Both the position numbers and the translations under genes were made by a program. From NCBI RefSeq assembly GCF_009914755.1, contig NC_060936.1: a DNA stretch of 64,000 bases. One strand, written 5' to 3'. This document shows positions 13,342 through 25,101 of the stretch, in pieces. Source of the stretch: the human T2T-CHM13v2.0 reference genome, Homo sapiens. The number at the start of each line of letters is the position of its first letter. Position 1 is the stretch's first letter. The notes beneath the pieces are model-generated. The model saw only the letters and a list, made by a program, of their open reading frames with translations, ran no database searches and was not told where the DNA came from.

Positions 13342-13977
13342 TTAAGATGAGGTCATACTGGATAGAGTAGGTTTTAATTCTATATAACTGGTGTCTTTTT
13401 TTTTTTTTTTTTAATTTTTGAGACAGGGTCTCATTTTGTCCCCCCAGTCTGGAATGTAGTGGTGTGATCTCCACTCATTGCAACCTCCATCTCAAAGGCT
13501 CAAGCCATCCTCTGCCTCAGCCCCACAAGTAGCAGTGAACACAGGTGCATGCCACCAAGCCTGGTTAATTTTGTACTTTTTGTAGAGACTGGGTTTCTCC
13601 ATGTTGCCCAGGCTGCTCGAACTCCTGAGCTCAAGTGATCCACCCTCCTCAGCCTCCCAAAGTGCTAAGATTACAGGCATGAACCACTGCACTCAGCCTT
13701 GTCTTTGTTAAGAAAAGAGGTGACAGGCACACAGTGGAGAAGGCCATGTGAAGACTGAGGCAGAGAATAGAATGATGTAGCTATAAGGTAAGGAATAGCA
13801 GGGAAATTAAAAGAAGCAAAAAAGATTTCTATCCTAAAACCTTCACAGAGCTCCTGCCCATTGCTGACAAGTTAGTTTTGGACCACTAGGTCTAGAAATG
13901 TGCAATAATAAATTTCTGTTGCTTTTAGTCACTTAGTTTGTGGCACTTTGTCATGGCAGCCCTATAAAATGAATACA
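13342..13977 (+). mobile_element. MLT1B/C LTR 3' portion, interrupted by AluJb
   Basis: ttaagatgaggtcatactgg..., gaaggccatgtgaagactgaggcagaga, aataaatttctgttg...ggcagccctataaaatgaataca. Confidence 0.8.
13396..13698 (-). mobile_element. AluJ (Jb-like)
   Basis: polyT then gagacagggtctc...ctcagcc; short TSD tgtcttt on both sides. Confidence 0.9.
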
Positions 13978-14341
13978 CGGGGTATGCTATTTCTGCCAGA
14001 TTTTCTCTTTCAGTTTCTCCAGTTCCCAGTCAGGGGATGTGTTTATCTGAGACAAAAAGGTGCTAGCTTCTTCTGCAGGACATCCTCTTAATTAAAGTCC
14101 TCAAAGCTGGATGCTTGGAAATGGTCAGGGACAAATGCAGTTTTCTGTATGACTTTCTGTATGGAAGACAAACTGTTTCCAGTTGTGTTCCAGCTCAGCC
14201 TCACAGGTTTCAGATTATTCTTTCTTTCCCCTCTTCATATCAGTTTTCTTTTCCTAACTGAATATCTTGCAAACTTCAGGTTTCCACATAGGACCCAGGA
14301 ACAATAGCCACCACTTCTCTAATTGAACCCTGACTAACACA
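13978..14341 (+). mobile_element. MLT2-like (ERVL) LTR 3' portion
   Basis: Ends ttctctaattgaaccctgactaacaca, resembling the MLT2 3' terminus. Confidence 0.5.
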
Positions 14342-14349
14342 CTTGGTTA

Positions 14350-14372
14350 AATATATATATATATATATATAT
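14350..14372. repeat. (TA)n microsatellite
   Basis: atatatatatatatatatatat. Confidence 0.9.
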
Positions 14373-15489
14373 GTTTCTATAAACTTATTTTGTTTAAATG
14401 TGTAAAAATCATGCTATGTTACCTCCCAATAGTTTTGTTTTTTTCTTCTACATTACTATCTTTTAATCTTAGCTTTTAAAATATTTATTAAATACTGACT
14501 AAAATATCACTGGTACTTTTACCTCAATGTCTTATATGCCTGAAGAAACCAACAATGCTTGCACCTGTAAAAAATAAATGGGTAAAAATCTACCAGTGTG
14601 ACAATTACAATGTTAGTAATTGTATGAATCAGAACTTACTCTACTGCTGAAAATAGAGAAAATGCTTACTTTAATTTAAAACATTAGCTATTTGTATCCA
14701 GCATCAAGCTTTTACACAAAGAATAATTCTATGCGATACCAAAAGACTCACAAAATCAGTCAATTATTTATAAAATAGATTATTTTTATAAAACAAGCAG
14801 TTATTTTTGTGAACTGAATAATTTGGTAATTAAAATAACCTGATAGTTCCATTTTAAAAATTAGGTTAGTGTGGAGATATCCTAGTAACATTTTCAAGTA
14901 TTTTAATCCTGTGAGAACTACACAAACCTAAATAACCTAGAAGTCTAATGCAATATTTTTACATACGCAAATACTAATTCCCACCCTCCATACTCACAGA
15001 AGTTTATGATATACACAGTATTTGCTGTTCCTTTCTTTTCAGAAATAGAGACTGATCTCACAAGATGAGATAGGAAATATTCTGATTAAAAACACCAGAA
15101 AAAGAAAGAAGTGTAAATGGGAAGATATACTCTGAGTACGAAAATCCACTTACCAGAAGCAACTTCTGTTTTGAAAAACACAATTCTGTGTTTTACTTTT
15201 TACTGTGCACTAAAAGATAAATTGATTCATACATTCCATAGATTATATATCTGTGTGGAATATAAAAGGGTCTATGTGTATATTACTACTTAGAATATAT
15301 TTGAATCTGACATGACTTCTGAAAGCTGAATGTAACTTACAGTGATTTTAGTTATTCTTTATTGTATTTTATTAGATGCTAGTTGCTGCATAAGGAATTT
15401 TGTGTGTATTAACTTGTATAATCTACACACTAATATTACTAAGAAAACACTGGCTTTCTGTGCAAATTATATTTTAAATCTGGATCTTC

Positions 15490-15580
15490 ATAAGTTTAGG
15501 TAACTTTCCCAAATACTCACTGTCTGTAATTTAGGGAACCAGCATTCACATTCAGTTGTCTTGACTCCCAAGTCTATATA
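15490..15580 (-). mobile_element. MIR fragment
   Basis: aggtaactttcccaa..cagcattcacattcagttgtcttgactcc resembles the MIR core (rc). Confidence 0.5.
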
Positions 15581-17246
15581 ACAGCTATGCATGCTGTTCT
15601 TCCCCTTTACTGGCCAGATAAGAGTCTTGTCACTCGGAATTATGACAGAGTAAGAGAAAATATTAGAGACTCCACAATTTTCTTTCAAAATGTCTGCAAA
15701 TGAATATGTAAGGGAATTCTCCAGAATAGCATATGAAACTGATGACAATCAAAAGTGATGAAGTCAAGCATGTTCCAAAGAGAATCTAATAAAGGACATT
15801 AAAAACCACCAATGATTATGATTTTGGAACTATGCAGAACAGGACAAAGAGTGAAGGAGGCTGTCTGAGGTGCTGAAATACAGCATACAAACATGTTACA
15901 GACTAAGTATAAAATCTTGTATTAATTCAGGCTTCCATACTGAGTTCCTCAGGTAACACATAAAATGATCACTGGTCACAATTTGGAAGAAACTAATTAT
16001 AAACAATCAAATAAATAATAGAAACTAAAAAAAAAAAAAGCCTTGCCATATTGACTTTAAGAAATCCCATGCAGGCCATTATGTAATAAATCATATGAAA
16101 ACTATATAATTTTAATATAGTAGTATTTTTCAATCTGGTCCAATATTGTTGGCTAAGTAAGTTCTGCTGTCTCAAATCCATTAAGAATTTGTGGGAATAC
16201 ATGTGATCTTTTATTAATAGATGCTTAAAAAGACATATAATCAATTTTATAAAAATTAAAGTTTAGTATGAAAGTTATTTGTCATCATTTGAATACATTT
16301 TATTTTTAACCAACTTGGATCTCTCAGACTCTGAGAAATTTATTAATATAAACATTTCTGTCATATGTTTCTCATATTTCTTACATTTTTATCTTTGTAT
16401 TTTGGTGATTTTTAATTTGGATGATATAGTTTTGGGACATGTAAAGTTAAATATGTATAACTTTATTGGAGTAAAAATTTACCCCCAATATTTTGCTTAC
16501 TATTTTAAATTCAATTTTTTGAGATTAATATTAGTTACCTTTCTTTCTTTTTCTTGTATAGCATACCTAACAAATGTTTGGCTTTTTTGCCTATTTAATT
16601 TTGATTTGAGTGTGTTGATTTAAGTTTAAGTAATAACATATTGTAATTTCTGTTTCAAGATAGTGAGCTGAGCACATGCTTCACTCTTACCTTCCTGTAA
16701 CAAATATCTAGAAACAATATAATATTTAAACAACAGGAAAACAAAAAACAAATAGGCTCTTTCCCAGGACCAGATGTTGTGACAAGGTCCCAAAAGTTAG
16801 AAAACAGATAAAATTTACAAGGTAAGCCTCAGCCAAGGACACACATAGAAAATTACAACTGTGAATGGTGCTGAAAGCTAATTGAAGCCAAACAAAAAGG
16901 GAGACCTTTGAGTGATCGGGCCACGTGTTTTCCAAAACCTCCTACATTCTGTGTTCATTAGGCTTACTAGATATTAAGCAATGGAGTGTTTTCCTCAGCA
17001 AAACTCCCTGGCAAAAAAAAGAAAGTTGCATATTCTTTTTAAATATGTGTAATATATTCATAAAAATGGTTTTAAAAGGAGTCTTAGAAACATGCTCAAA
17101 ATGTTGATAATGTGAGAGTGAAATTCAATTATCATGAAGCAGTAGCTGTAAAACTTGACAAAAGAATTAACAAAATATCTCTCAATCATAAAATTTAAGA
17201 AAAATTAATGCTTCTAAATAAGTCTTGCATTTATAGATAAAATGGA

Positions 17247-19527
17247 TGTAGTAGTTCGTTTTCATGCTGTTGATAAAAACATACCTGAGACTGGGCAATT
17301 TACAAATGAAAGAGGTTTAATTGGACTTACAGTTCCACTTGGCTGGGGAAACCTCACAATCATGGCGGAAGGCAAGGAGCAGCAAGTCATGTCTTACATG
17401 AATGGCAGCAGGCAAAAAGAGAGCTTATGCAGGGAAACTCCCATCTTTCAAAACCATGAGCTCTGGTGAGACTTATTCACTATCATGAGAACAGCATGGG
17501 AAAGACGTGCCCCCATGATTCAATTACCTTCCACCAGATCCCTTCCATAACACGTGGGAATTCAAGATGAGATTTTGGTGGGGACTCAGCCAATCCATAT
17601 AATTCCATTCTAGCCCCTCCCACATCTCATGTCCTTACATTTCAAAACCAATCATGCCTTCCCAACATTCCCTCAAAATCTTAACGTATTTCAGCATTAA
17701 CTCAAAAGTTCACAGTACAAAGTCTCATCCGAGACAAAGCAAGTTCCTTCTGCCTATGAGCCTGTAAAATCAAAAGTTAGTTACTTCCTAGATACAATGG
17801 AGGTACAGACATTGGATAAATATGGCCATTTCAAATAGGAGACATCGGCCAATACAAAGGGGCTGTAGGCCCCATGCAAGTCCGAAATCCAGTGGGGCTG
17901 TCATATCTTAAAGCTCCAGAATGATCTCCTTTGACTCCATGTCTCACATCCAGGTCATACTGATGCAAAAGGTGTGTTCCCAGTCTTGGGCAGCACCTCC
18001 CCTGTGGCTTTGCAGGGTGTAACCCCCTCTCCTCCACCGGCTGCTTTCATGGGCTGGCATTGAGTGGCTGTTGCTTTTCCAGGTGCATGGTGCAAGCTGT
18101 CATGGATCTACCATTCTGGGATCTGGAAGACAATGAACCTCTTCTCACAGCCCTGCTAAGTCGTGCCCTGGTAGGGACTCTGTGTGGGAGCTCTGACCCC
18201 TTATTTCCCTTCTGCACTGCACTGGCAGAGTTTCTAGATGAGTGCTTTGCCCCTGCAGCAAACTTTTGCCTTGGCGTCCAGGCTTTTCCATACATCTTCT
18301 GAAATCTAGGCAGAGGTTCTCAAACCTCAATTCTTGACTTCTGTGCCCCTGTGGGCTCAACACCACGTGGAAGCTGTCAAGGCTTGGGGTTTCCACCATC
18401 TGAAGCAACAGGTTGAGCTGTACCTTGGTCCCTTTTAGTCATGGCTGGAGTAGTTGGGTTGCAGGGCACCAAGACCCTAGATTGCACACAGCACAGGGAC
18501 CCTGGGCCAAGCCCACAAAACCATTTTTCCTTAGGCTTCCAGGCCTGTGATGGGAGGAGCCACCATGTAGAATTCTGACATGCCCTGGAGACATTTTGCC
18601 CATGGTGTTGGGAATTAACATTTGGTTCCCTGTTACTTAGGCCAATTTCTGCCACAGGCTTGAATTTCTCTTAGGAAAATGGGTTGTTCTTTTCTGTTGC
18701 ACCATCAGGCTGCAAATGTTTTGAACTTTTATGCTCTGGCTCCCTTCTAAAACTGAATGCCTTTAATAACTCCCAAGTCACCTTTTGAATGCTTAGCTGC
18801 TTAGAAGTTTCTTTCCCCAGATGCCCTAAATCATCTCTCTCAAGTTCAAAGTTCCACAGTCTCTAGCTCAAGGGCAAAATGCTGCCATTCTCTTTGGTAA
18901 AACATAAAAAGAGTCACCTTTGCTCCAGTTCCCAACAAGTACCTCATCTCCATCTGAGACCATCTCAGCCTGACTTTATTGTCCATATCGCTATCAGGCT
19001 TTTGGTCAAAGCCATTCATCAAGTCTCTAGGAAGTTCCAAACTTTTTCTCATTTTCCTGTCTTCTTCTGAGGCCTCCAATCTGCTCCAACCTCTGCCTGT
19101 TACCCAGTTCCAAAGTTGCTTCCACATGTTTGGGTATTTTTTCAGCAGCACCCCACTCCTGGGACCAATTTGCTTTATTAGACTGTTCACACTGCTGATA
19201 AAGACATACCCAAACCTGGGCTATTTACAATCAAACGAGGTTTAATTGGACTTACAGTTCCACGTGGGTGGGGAAGCCTCACAATCATGGTGGAAGGCAA
19301 GGAGCAGCAAATCATGTCTTAAATGAATGGAAGCAGGCAAAAAGTGAGCTTGTGCAGGGAGACTCCCATTATTCAAAATCATCAGATCCGGTGAGACTTA
19401 TTCACTATCATAAGAACAGCATGGGAAAGATGTGCCCCCATGATTCAATTACCTCCTACCAGGTCCCTTCCACAACATGTGGGAATTTAAGGTGAGATTT
19501 GGTTGGGGACACAGCCAAACCATATTA
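17247..19527 (-). mobile_element. Full-length THE1B element (LTR 17247-17602, internal 17603-19173, LTR 19174-19527)
   Basis: Two THE1B LTRs flank THE1-int; perfect 5-bp TSD ATGGA at 17242-17246 and 19528-19532. Confidence 0.95.
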
Positions 19528-19574
19528 ATGGAGATAACTAACTAGACCTACATGTCAATATTAACATTAAAAAT

Positions 19575-19816
19575 ACCTACTATTTATTCTGCATTTACAA
19601 TGTGTAGTTACTGTTCTAAATATTCCACTTATGCTCACATATTTAATCCTCATAAAAACCTTATGTGGTCAGCACTGTCATTAATCCCATTTAAAGACAC
19701 AAGGAGCTTAAATAATGTGCTATATTTCATCTAGCTAATATGTGACCAAGATAGGATTTGAATTCAAATAGTCTAGTTCCAAAGTCCAAGGTTTAAACCA
19801 TGATGCTTCACTTCCT
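19575..19816 (-). mobile_element. MIR
   Basis: atttaatcctcataaaaaccttatg...ggatttgaattcaaatagtctagttccaaagtcc. Confidence 0.7.
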
Positions 19817-19859
19817 TCAAACTCCAAGGTAACTACTACATACAAAACTAAATTGACAT

Positions 19860-20740
19860 ATGATTGAAGTGACAGGTGAAAACATAGCTTTATATATAAT
19901 TATTAGAAAACAAGAACTGGAGAAATACAGGAACTAAGCCCGCAATTCAATAACATAGTTTAAAAAAAAACAGTGAAATAAACCTCTAAACAACAGAAGG
20001 AAGGAAAGAATATATTTTAAACCAGAAATTACTGAAATAGGAAATTAATAAGTTAAAGCAGCAGAATTGACCAATAAAAAGAAAAGCAAAGTTCTTTGAA
20101 AATATCAATTGTCTTTCAAAAGACAAGCCTTTGGCAAATATAGTTAAGAGCTAACTAAATAGAGAAGACACAGAGAAAAAAACACATTCAGAATGAAAAA
20201 TGTTATGAGTTCAGGTCTACAGGAGCTTAAACTAACATTTCAGAGAACACTATACGCAGCTTCATACCAAAAAAAATGTAAACCTAAACATTTTTGAAGA
20301 AAACTATAAATTGTCAAAATTTACCCTAGCAAAAATATAAATAGAATAAAATAAAAATAGAAAATATGCATGAATTAAGACAGTCATAGAATAGTTCGTG
20401 TAGCAGAGCATTCTCCATTTTCCTTCAAAAAAGCAGGAAATCTTACTAAAACAATAACATTAGAAAAAAATGAAAACAGTTGATAAAGATTTACCCTTAG
20501 CAAAGTCAAAAGCTCCAGGGCATGTTACAGAAACTTTTAAATAAAATTTCAAGTGAAGGATAATTTCAATTTTAGAGAAAGTATTTATGAAACATGGAAA
20601 ATTATGGGAAGTTACATACTTTTATTTTATAATGCTCACATTTATCTGATGAAAAACTGAATGAAAACAGCATAGAGTAGAAAACTCATGGTCAATTTTA
20701 CACCTGAGCAATATATTAAGGTATAAGCAAACTAAAATAT
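19860..20740 (+). mobile_element. Old L1M/L1ME ORF2 fragment
   Basis: A-rich, with motifs agaaggaaggaa..cagaaattactgaaatag, gttctttgaaaatatcaat, gacaagcctttggcaa. Confidence 0.6.
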
Positions 20741-20749
20741 TTCTGTTTG

Positions 20750-20752
<3 letters not shown>

Positions 20753-20784
<32 letters not shown>
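20753..20784. repeat. (TG)n microsatellite
   Basis: ~16 TG units. Confidence 0.95.
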
Positions 20785-20787
<3 letters not shown>

Positions 20788-21717
20788 CTTTACAAATATG
20801 GCTGAATACTCACACTCAGTAAGACCTATAATATTGATCTGAAATCTTCGGTCATGTAAGCTCAGGGAAGTATTTCTCTACCATAGGTTTAATTACTGGT
20901 TTTGATCATTAAAAACACCAATTATCTTTAGTTCAACTAGCATTTGCTGTCCTTACTTTAATGCCTTTTTTCTTTATGTGCTTTAGGAAATTATCTGTAT
21001 TTTTTTTCTGCATGTTACTGATTACATTTCCTAGAGTATTATTATATTTCCTGCTTGCATTACACGTTTATTTTGCAAATTTTGCATTTACTCATTTCTT
21101 TTCTTATTACGTGTAGCTTTTTAAAAAATCTCTATTTTAGGAATGCCTTTTTATCTTAGTTTATTGCCTTCTCATGTCAGCTTCCATATACCAATTTCTT
21201 ATATTTTTAGGTGTTTTTAAAGTCTATTGAGATCACAATCACATGTGTTCTAAAATTTATACTTTTTATCTGTAAAAGTATATTTTATTTTTAATAGAAA
21301 TTGGAAAATATTTTTTTAAATCTTATATGTATGACAAAGTTAACTACTAACTTCAAAATTCCCAAGTTCATAACACATGTAATTAACAAAGTATTACAAG
21401 ATAGTCCATAAAATATTTAAAGGGTAATATTTATTGTTGTCTCTGTTATAAAGGTTTATCAAAAACAAAAATAATGTGTGTATTTTGTAAAGCATTCGAC
21501 TGAAAACATGTTTCCTATAGATTATTATTTAATACAAACAGCTCTTTTACAAAGCTAAACTAAAACAAATAAACCAACAAACAGAAATGCATATTCCAAG
21601 TCAACATGTTTTTCTGGAACATACCAGATCTACATGAATGTGGCAAGTATGTAAAACGATCAGGTGCATAGTTCACTGTCTTCTTTATTCATATAAATAT
21701 ATATGTATGTATGTCAC

Positions 21718-21718
<1 letters not shown>

Positions 21719-21766
<48 letters not shown>

Positions 21767-21789
21767 CCTATCTATCATCTATCTATCTA
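21719..21789. repeat. Compound tetranucleotide STR [TCTA]12 CCTA TCTA TCA [TCTA]3
   Basis: Read directly from the sequence. Confidence 0.95.
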
Positions 21790-24700
21790 TATGTTTTAGA
21801 AGAGCCATATTTGGTGATTTTCACCATCTTGATTCCAAGATGAAAGTGTAATTTGTGAGCAAATGGACAAATATATCTTATTAATATTTAGTCATGGTTT
21901 CCATGCATATATGCACACATCTACCTTAATTTAATTGTGGAAATTGAAAATAGAAATACCTTCAGGTTAACATAAATTTTAGAAGAGAATAGCACTCATT
22001 AAACTGAAAGGTAAGCAGAAATAAAACTGCACAACAAATAACGTGTCCAGGATTCAAGTAAATAAATGTTTAGAAAATATGCATGAATTAAGACAGTCAT
22101 AGAATAGTTTGTGTAGCAGAGCATTCTCCAATAATCCATTGAGTCTCTATTTTACTAACTTGATATGTGGAAGATTTTGAGATACAAACAATAGTTGTTC
22201 CAGTACAGGCCTCATAATCATATTTATCATATTTATGATTAACTTGGTGTGTCATAATCTATTTGAAGTATTCTGAAATGTTAGTATTTGTAACAGGATT
22301 TTATGTATTAGTCCTCTTTAGTGTTTATGTCCGAATAACGTTTCCTTCCTTCCTTCCTTCTTTCCTCTTTCTTCCTTTATTTTCACTATGTGTATAGGTA
22401 TGTGTCAAGCATATTTATCTTAGTAAGCTATAATATAATACATTTGGAATCAATCAAGTAAAATGTAATTTCACATTATTGTTTTACTTATTTGCCTTCC
22501 TTAAATACTTGAGAAATAAGCAAATAAACATTTTACATCTGAAAGAGACTTCCTATATGTCTGTTGTTTAAAAAGTTCAACTTTATTGAATGTCATATTC
22601 ATACACCCTTCTTTTGTTAAATTAGGAACTCATTTCTACTTTTTTAAGTCATTGCACAATTTCTGACAACTAATTCAAAAGCCTTTCCTATGATCATATT
22701 TATGCTAGATGCATTGAAAATAGTAAAATTTTATATAAAATAAAATATATTGTACATATTCTCAACTAAATATAACTAATTCTCTAGATTTTAAAAGTAA
22801 CACAACTATATTACACTTTTTTAAACAATTAAGAATTAATGTTTAATAAATTTACATAAATTTTAAACCTTCTCATCTGAATTTATGAACTTCACCTATT
22901 CATATTTGGCTACAAAATTTGTTTGAACTGAAGAAAACAATATCTATTATGAAATTTTATTTCTAGTTTGAAACATTATCTTTAGATCTGATACCACTTT
23001 CTAGAAGATCAATGCTATCTTGAATAATGTTTTCCTGAAACCTAAGGCTTCATTTTTATGACTTTCTTTCTCAGTTAAAAATTCAGTGAAAGTATTTTTT
23101 TTTAATTCCAGGGTTCTCTGATGAGCGATGTTTTCTTATTTTTGGACTATTTTCCACAGCAGCCCACTATTGCTAAATTTTTTAATTAGGAATTTAAATG
23201 TTCCAGGTCTTTCCTTAAGAATCAGAATAATTAGATTTCAGATCACTAGATCTGAGCTTTTCTGAGTTTTGCATGCAAAGTCCTGCTGACAGCCACTTAT
23301 TTCAATCACTGGATAAAAGGACTCACTCCAGTTGCTTTGCCATTACCTGTTCTGTTTTTGAAGAAATAGCTGCAAATTCTTCATCTATAGTCTTGCAAGC
23401 CGGATGTTCATATTACTCTTTTGGAAACCCTGGAAACCTGGCAAGCTTCTTCTATTTTAATTTTCTCAGTGATAATTCCTCTCTTTCTCTCCATGTAGAC
23501 TTTAAGATTCTTTAAATATATTTCTTAAGGTGATTTATGAAGAAATGTCTCTATCCAGATCAGTCTATGCCTAATTTTGTACAAAGCATGCTTATTTACA
23601 CAAAATTTAAAAGTGGACCCATGACGTACAAGATGCTTTAATGCTTTTTTTTTTCTTTTTTTGAAAACCCTTTCATTGTGAATCAAATCTCTGACGTATT
23701 ACAGGGTATTTTCAAATTTCTTTCTCTGTATGTATCACCACTCATCTGAAGGATATGACTAATCAGGTTAGCCAATTTCTTCTTGGTTTTCAGTAGTTCT
23801 TTCACTTTGTTCAAGTCAATATTGTGGCAATCACTTTTTTCACACATTCAGATACCAGGTATTATTAACGGCATTCAGCACATTTCCTCTATGCTTTGGT
23901 GAATCCAGGAGAGATGAGGTGACTACATTTAATGGTATGAGCTTGAGTACATGCTTTTGGTTCCCTGGAGTACTAAACATCTAATCTGATTAATTTTTTC
24001 TTATGTTGTATACAAAGGTGTTGACTGTGCATTTCACAATATTTAATTAAAGTTCTTAGACCTTTCTTTTTTAACATTTCTACCAAAAGATATTTCAATA
24101 CATATGGGAAGGCAAGTAGAAATCACACAGTTGGCAAGTAAAGAAGCCAGAGGTTGGTGTTAAAATTGAAGCCTTATAACGCAGTGTCCCAAAACTTTTC
24201 ATAACCTTCTGATTTAAACCGTATTAGCCATGCCCACTTAACCTATGACTTTCTAAAATTTCTCTAGTCTTCCTTTACAGAACAACTAGATATTATCACC
24301 ACATTGTTGAAGGCGTACATTTTTAAAAAAATATATATAGTGTCCTGTGAAAGCTTGATGACATTTCTGGAAAAAGACATAACATTTTTAAAGAAATGCA
24401 GGCTTTTCCTCTCTCTTTCCCTGAAATGGCCTCAAGCATAAAAGCCTAAGCTCTGAATCCAAGTTTATTGACAAAAGATGTTCTGTCTGCTTTTAGTCAT
24501 CATCAAGAACATCTTCTGAACCATGACGTGAAAGATACAAAGTGGTGGTCGGGCCTCTCCCGTCAACACCACCAGAAGTGATATCTCTTTGCATTTTTGC
24601 CTCATGCTCTGGTGTAGAGTCTCAGACACGACCCACCCACACCAGACACTGCCCACAGAATTTTGAAACACTATTAACTCAGGAGCACTAGCAGTGACAA

Positions 24701-25036
24701 AGACCCACTGTATTCCCTAAAGCCAACCCTTCTGTCCCTGCTTTCAATCTAAGTGTAAACTCCCTTCCTCATCTCTCAGTTTCCATCTCCTTCATTTGTC
24801 TATTAAGAGATCACATCAGGGATATTTTGCTCTGACTATATTTTGTTAAATTTGAAAATACTTTGAGGGCAAGATCTATTCACAAGATCTAAGTTCTTTT
24901 CTTTTCCTTATATTTTTGTTATTTTCTATTGTTGTCCTTTATTCTTCCTGACACAAGACATATTTACCTTGATCTGTTGGTAGCCAATAAACAGGATCAA
25001 TAAATTCTCATTGACCACCTTACCCCCCACCCCCAG

Positions 25037-25101
25037 AGATTGTGGATATTATTGAAATCCAATTAGATTTTTAGAGGAGAGATTGTTGATGTGCACAGAC
25101 T
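25037..25101 (+). ncRNA. Candidate non-coding exon (65 nt)
   Basis: ttgac branch-like motif, pyrimidine tract ccttaccccccacccccag| and donor ACT|GTAAGT; stops in all three frames. Confidence 0.2.

Noticed and set aside
17831-19245. ORF cluster including the 114-aa 18846..19190(-)
   Set aside because: THE1B internal ORF remnants broken by stops and frameshifts
23320-23420. Minus-strand exon-like segment with CAG|GTAATG donor (EHPACKTIDEEFAAISSKTEQ)
   Set aside because: In-frame stop just upstream, no convincing acceptor, no recognisable protein similarity
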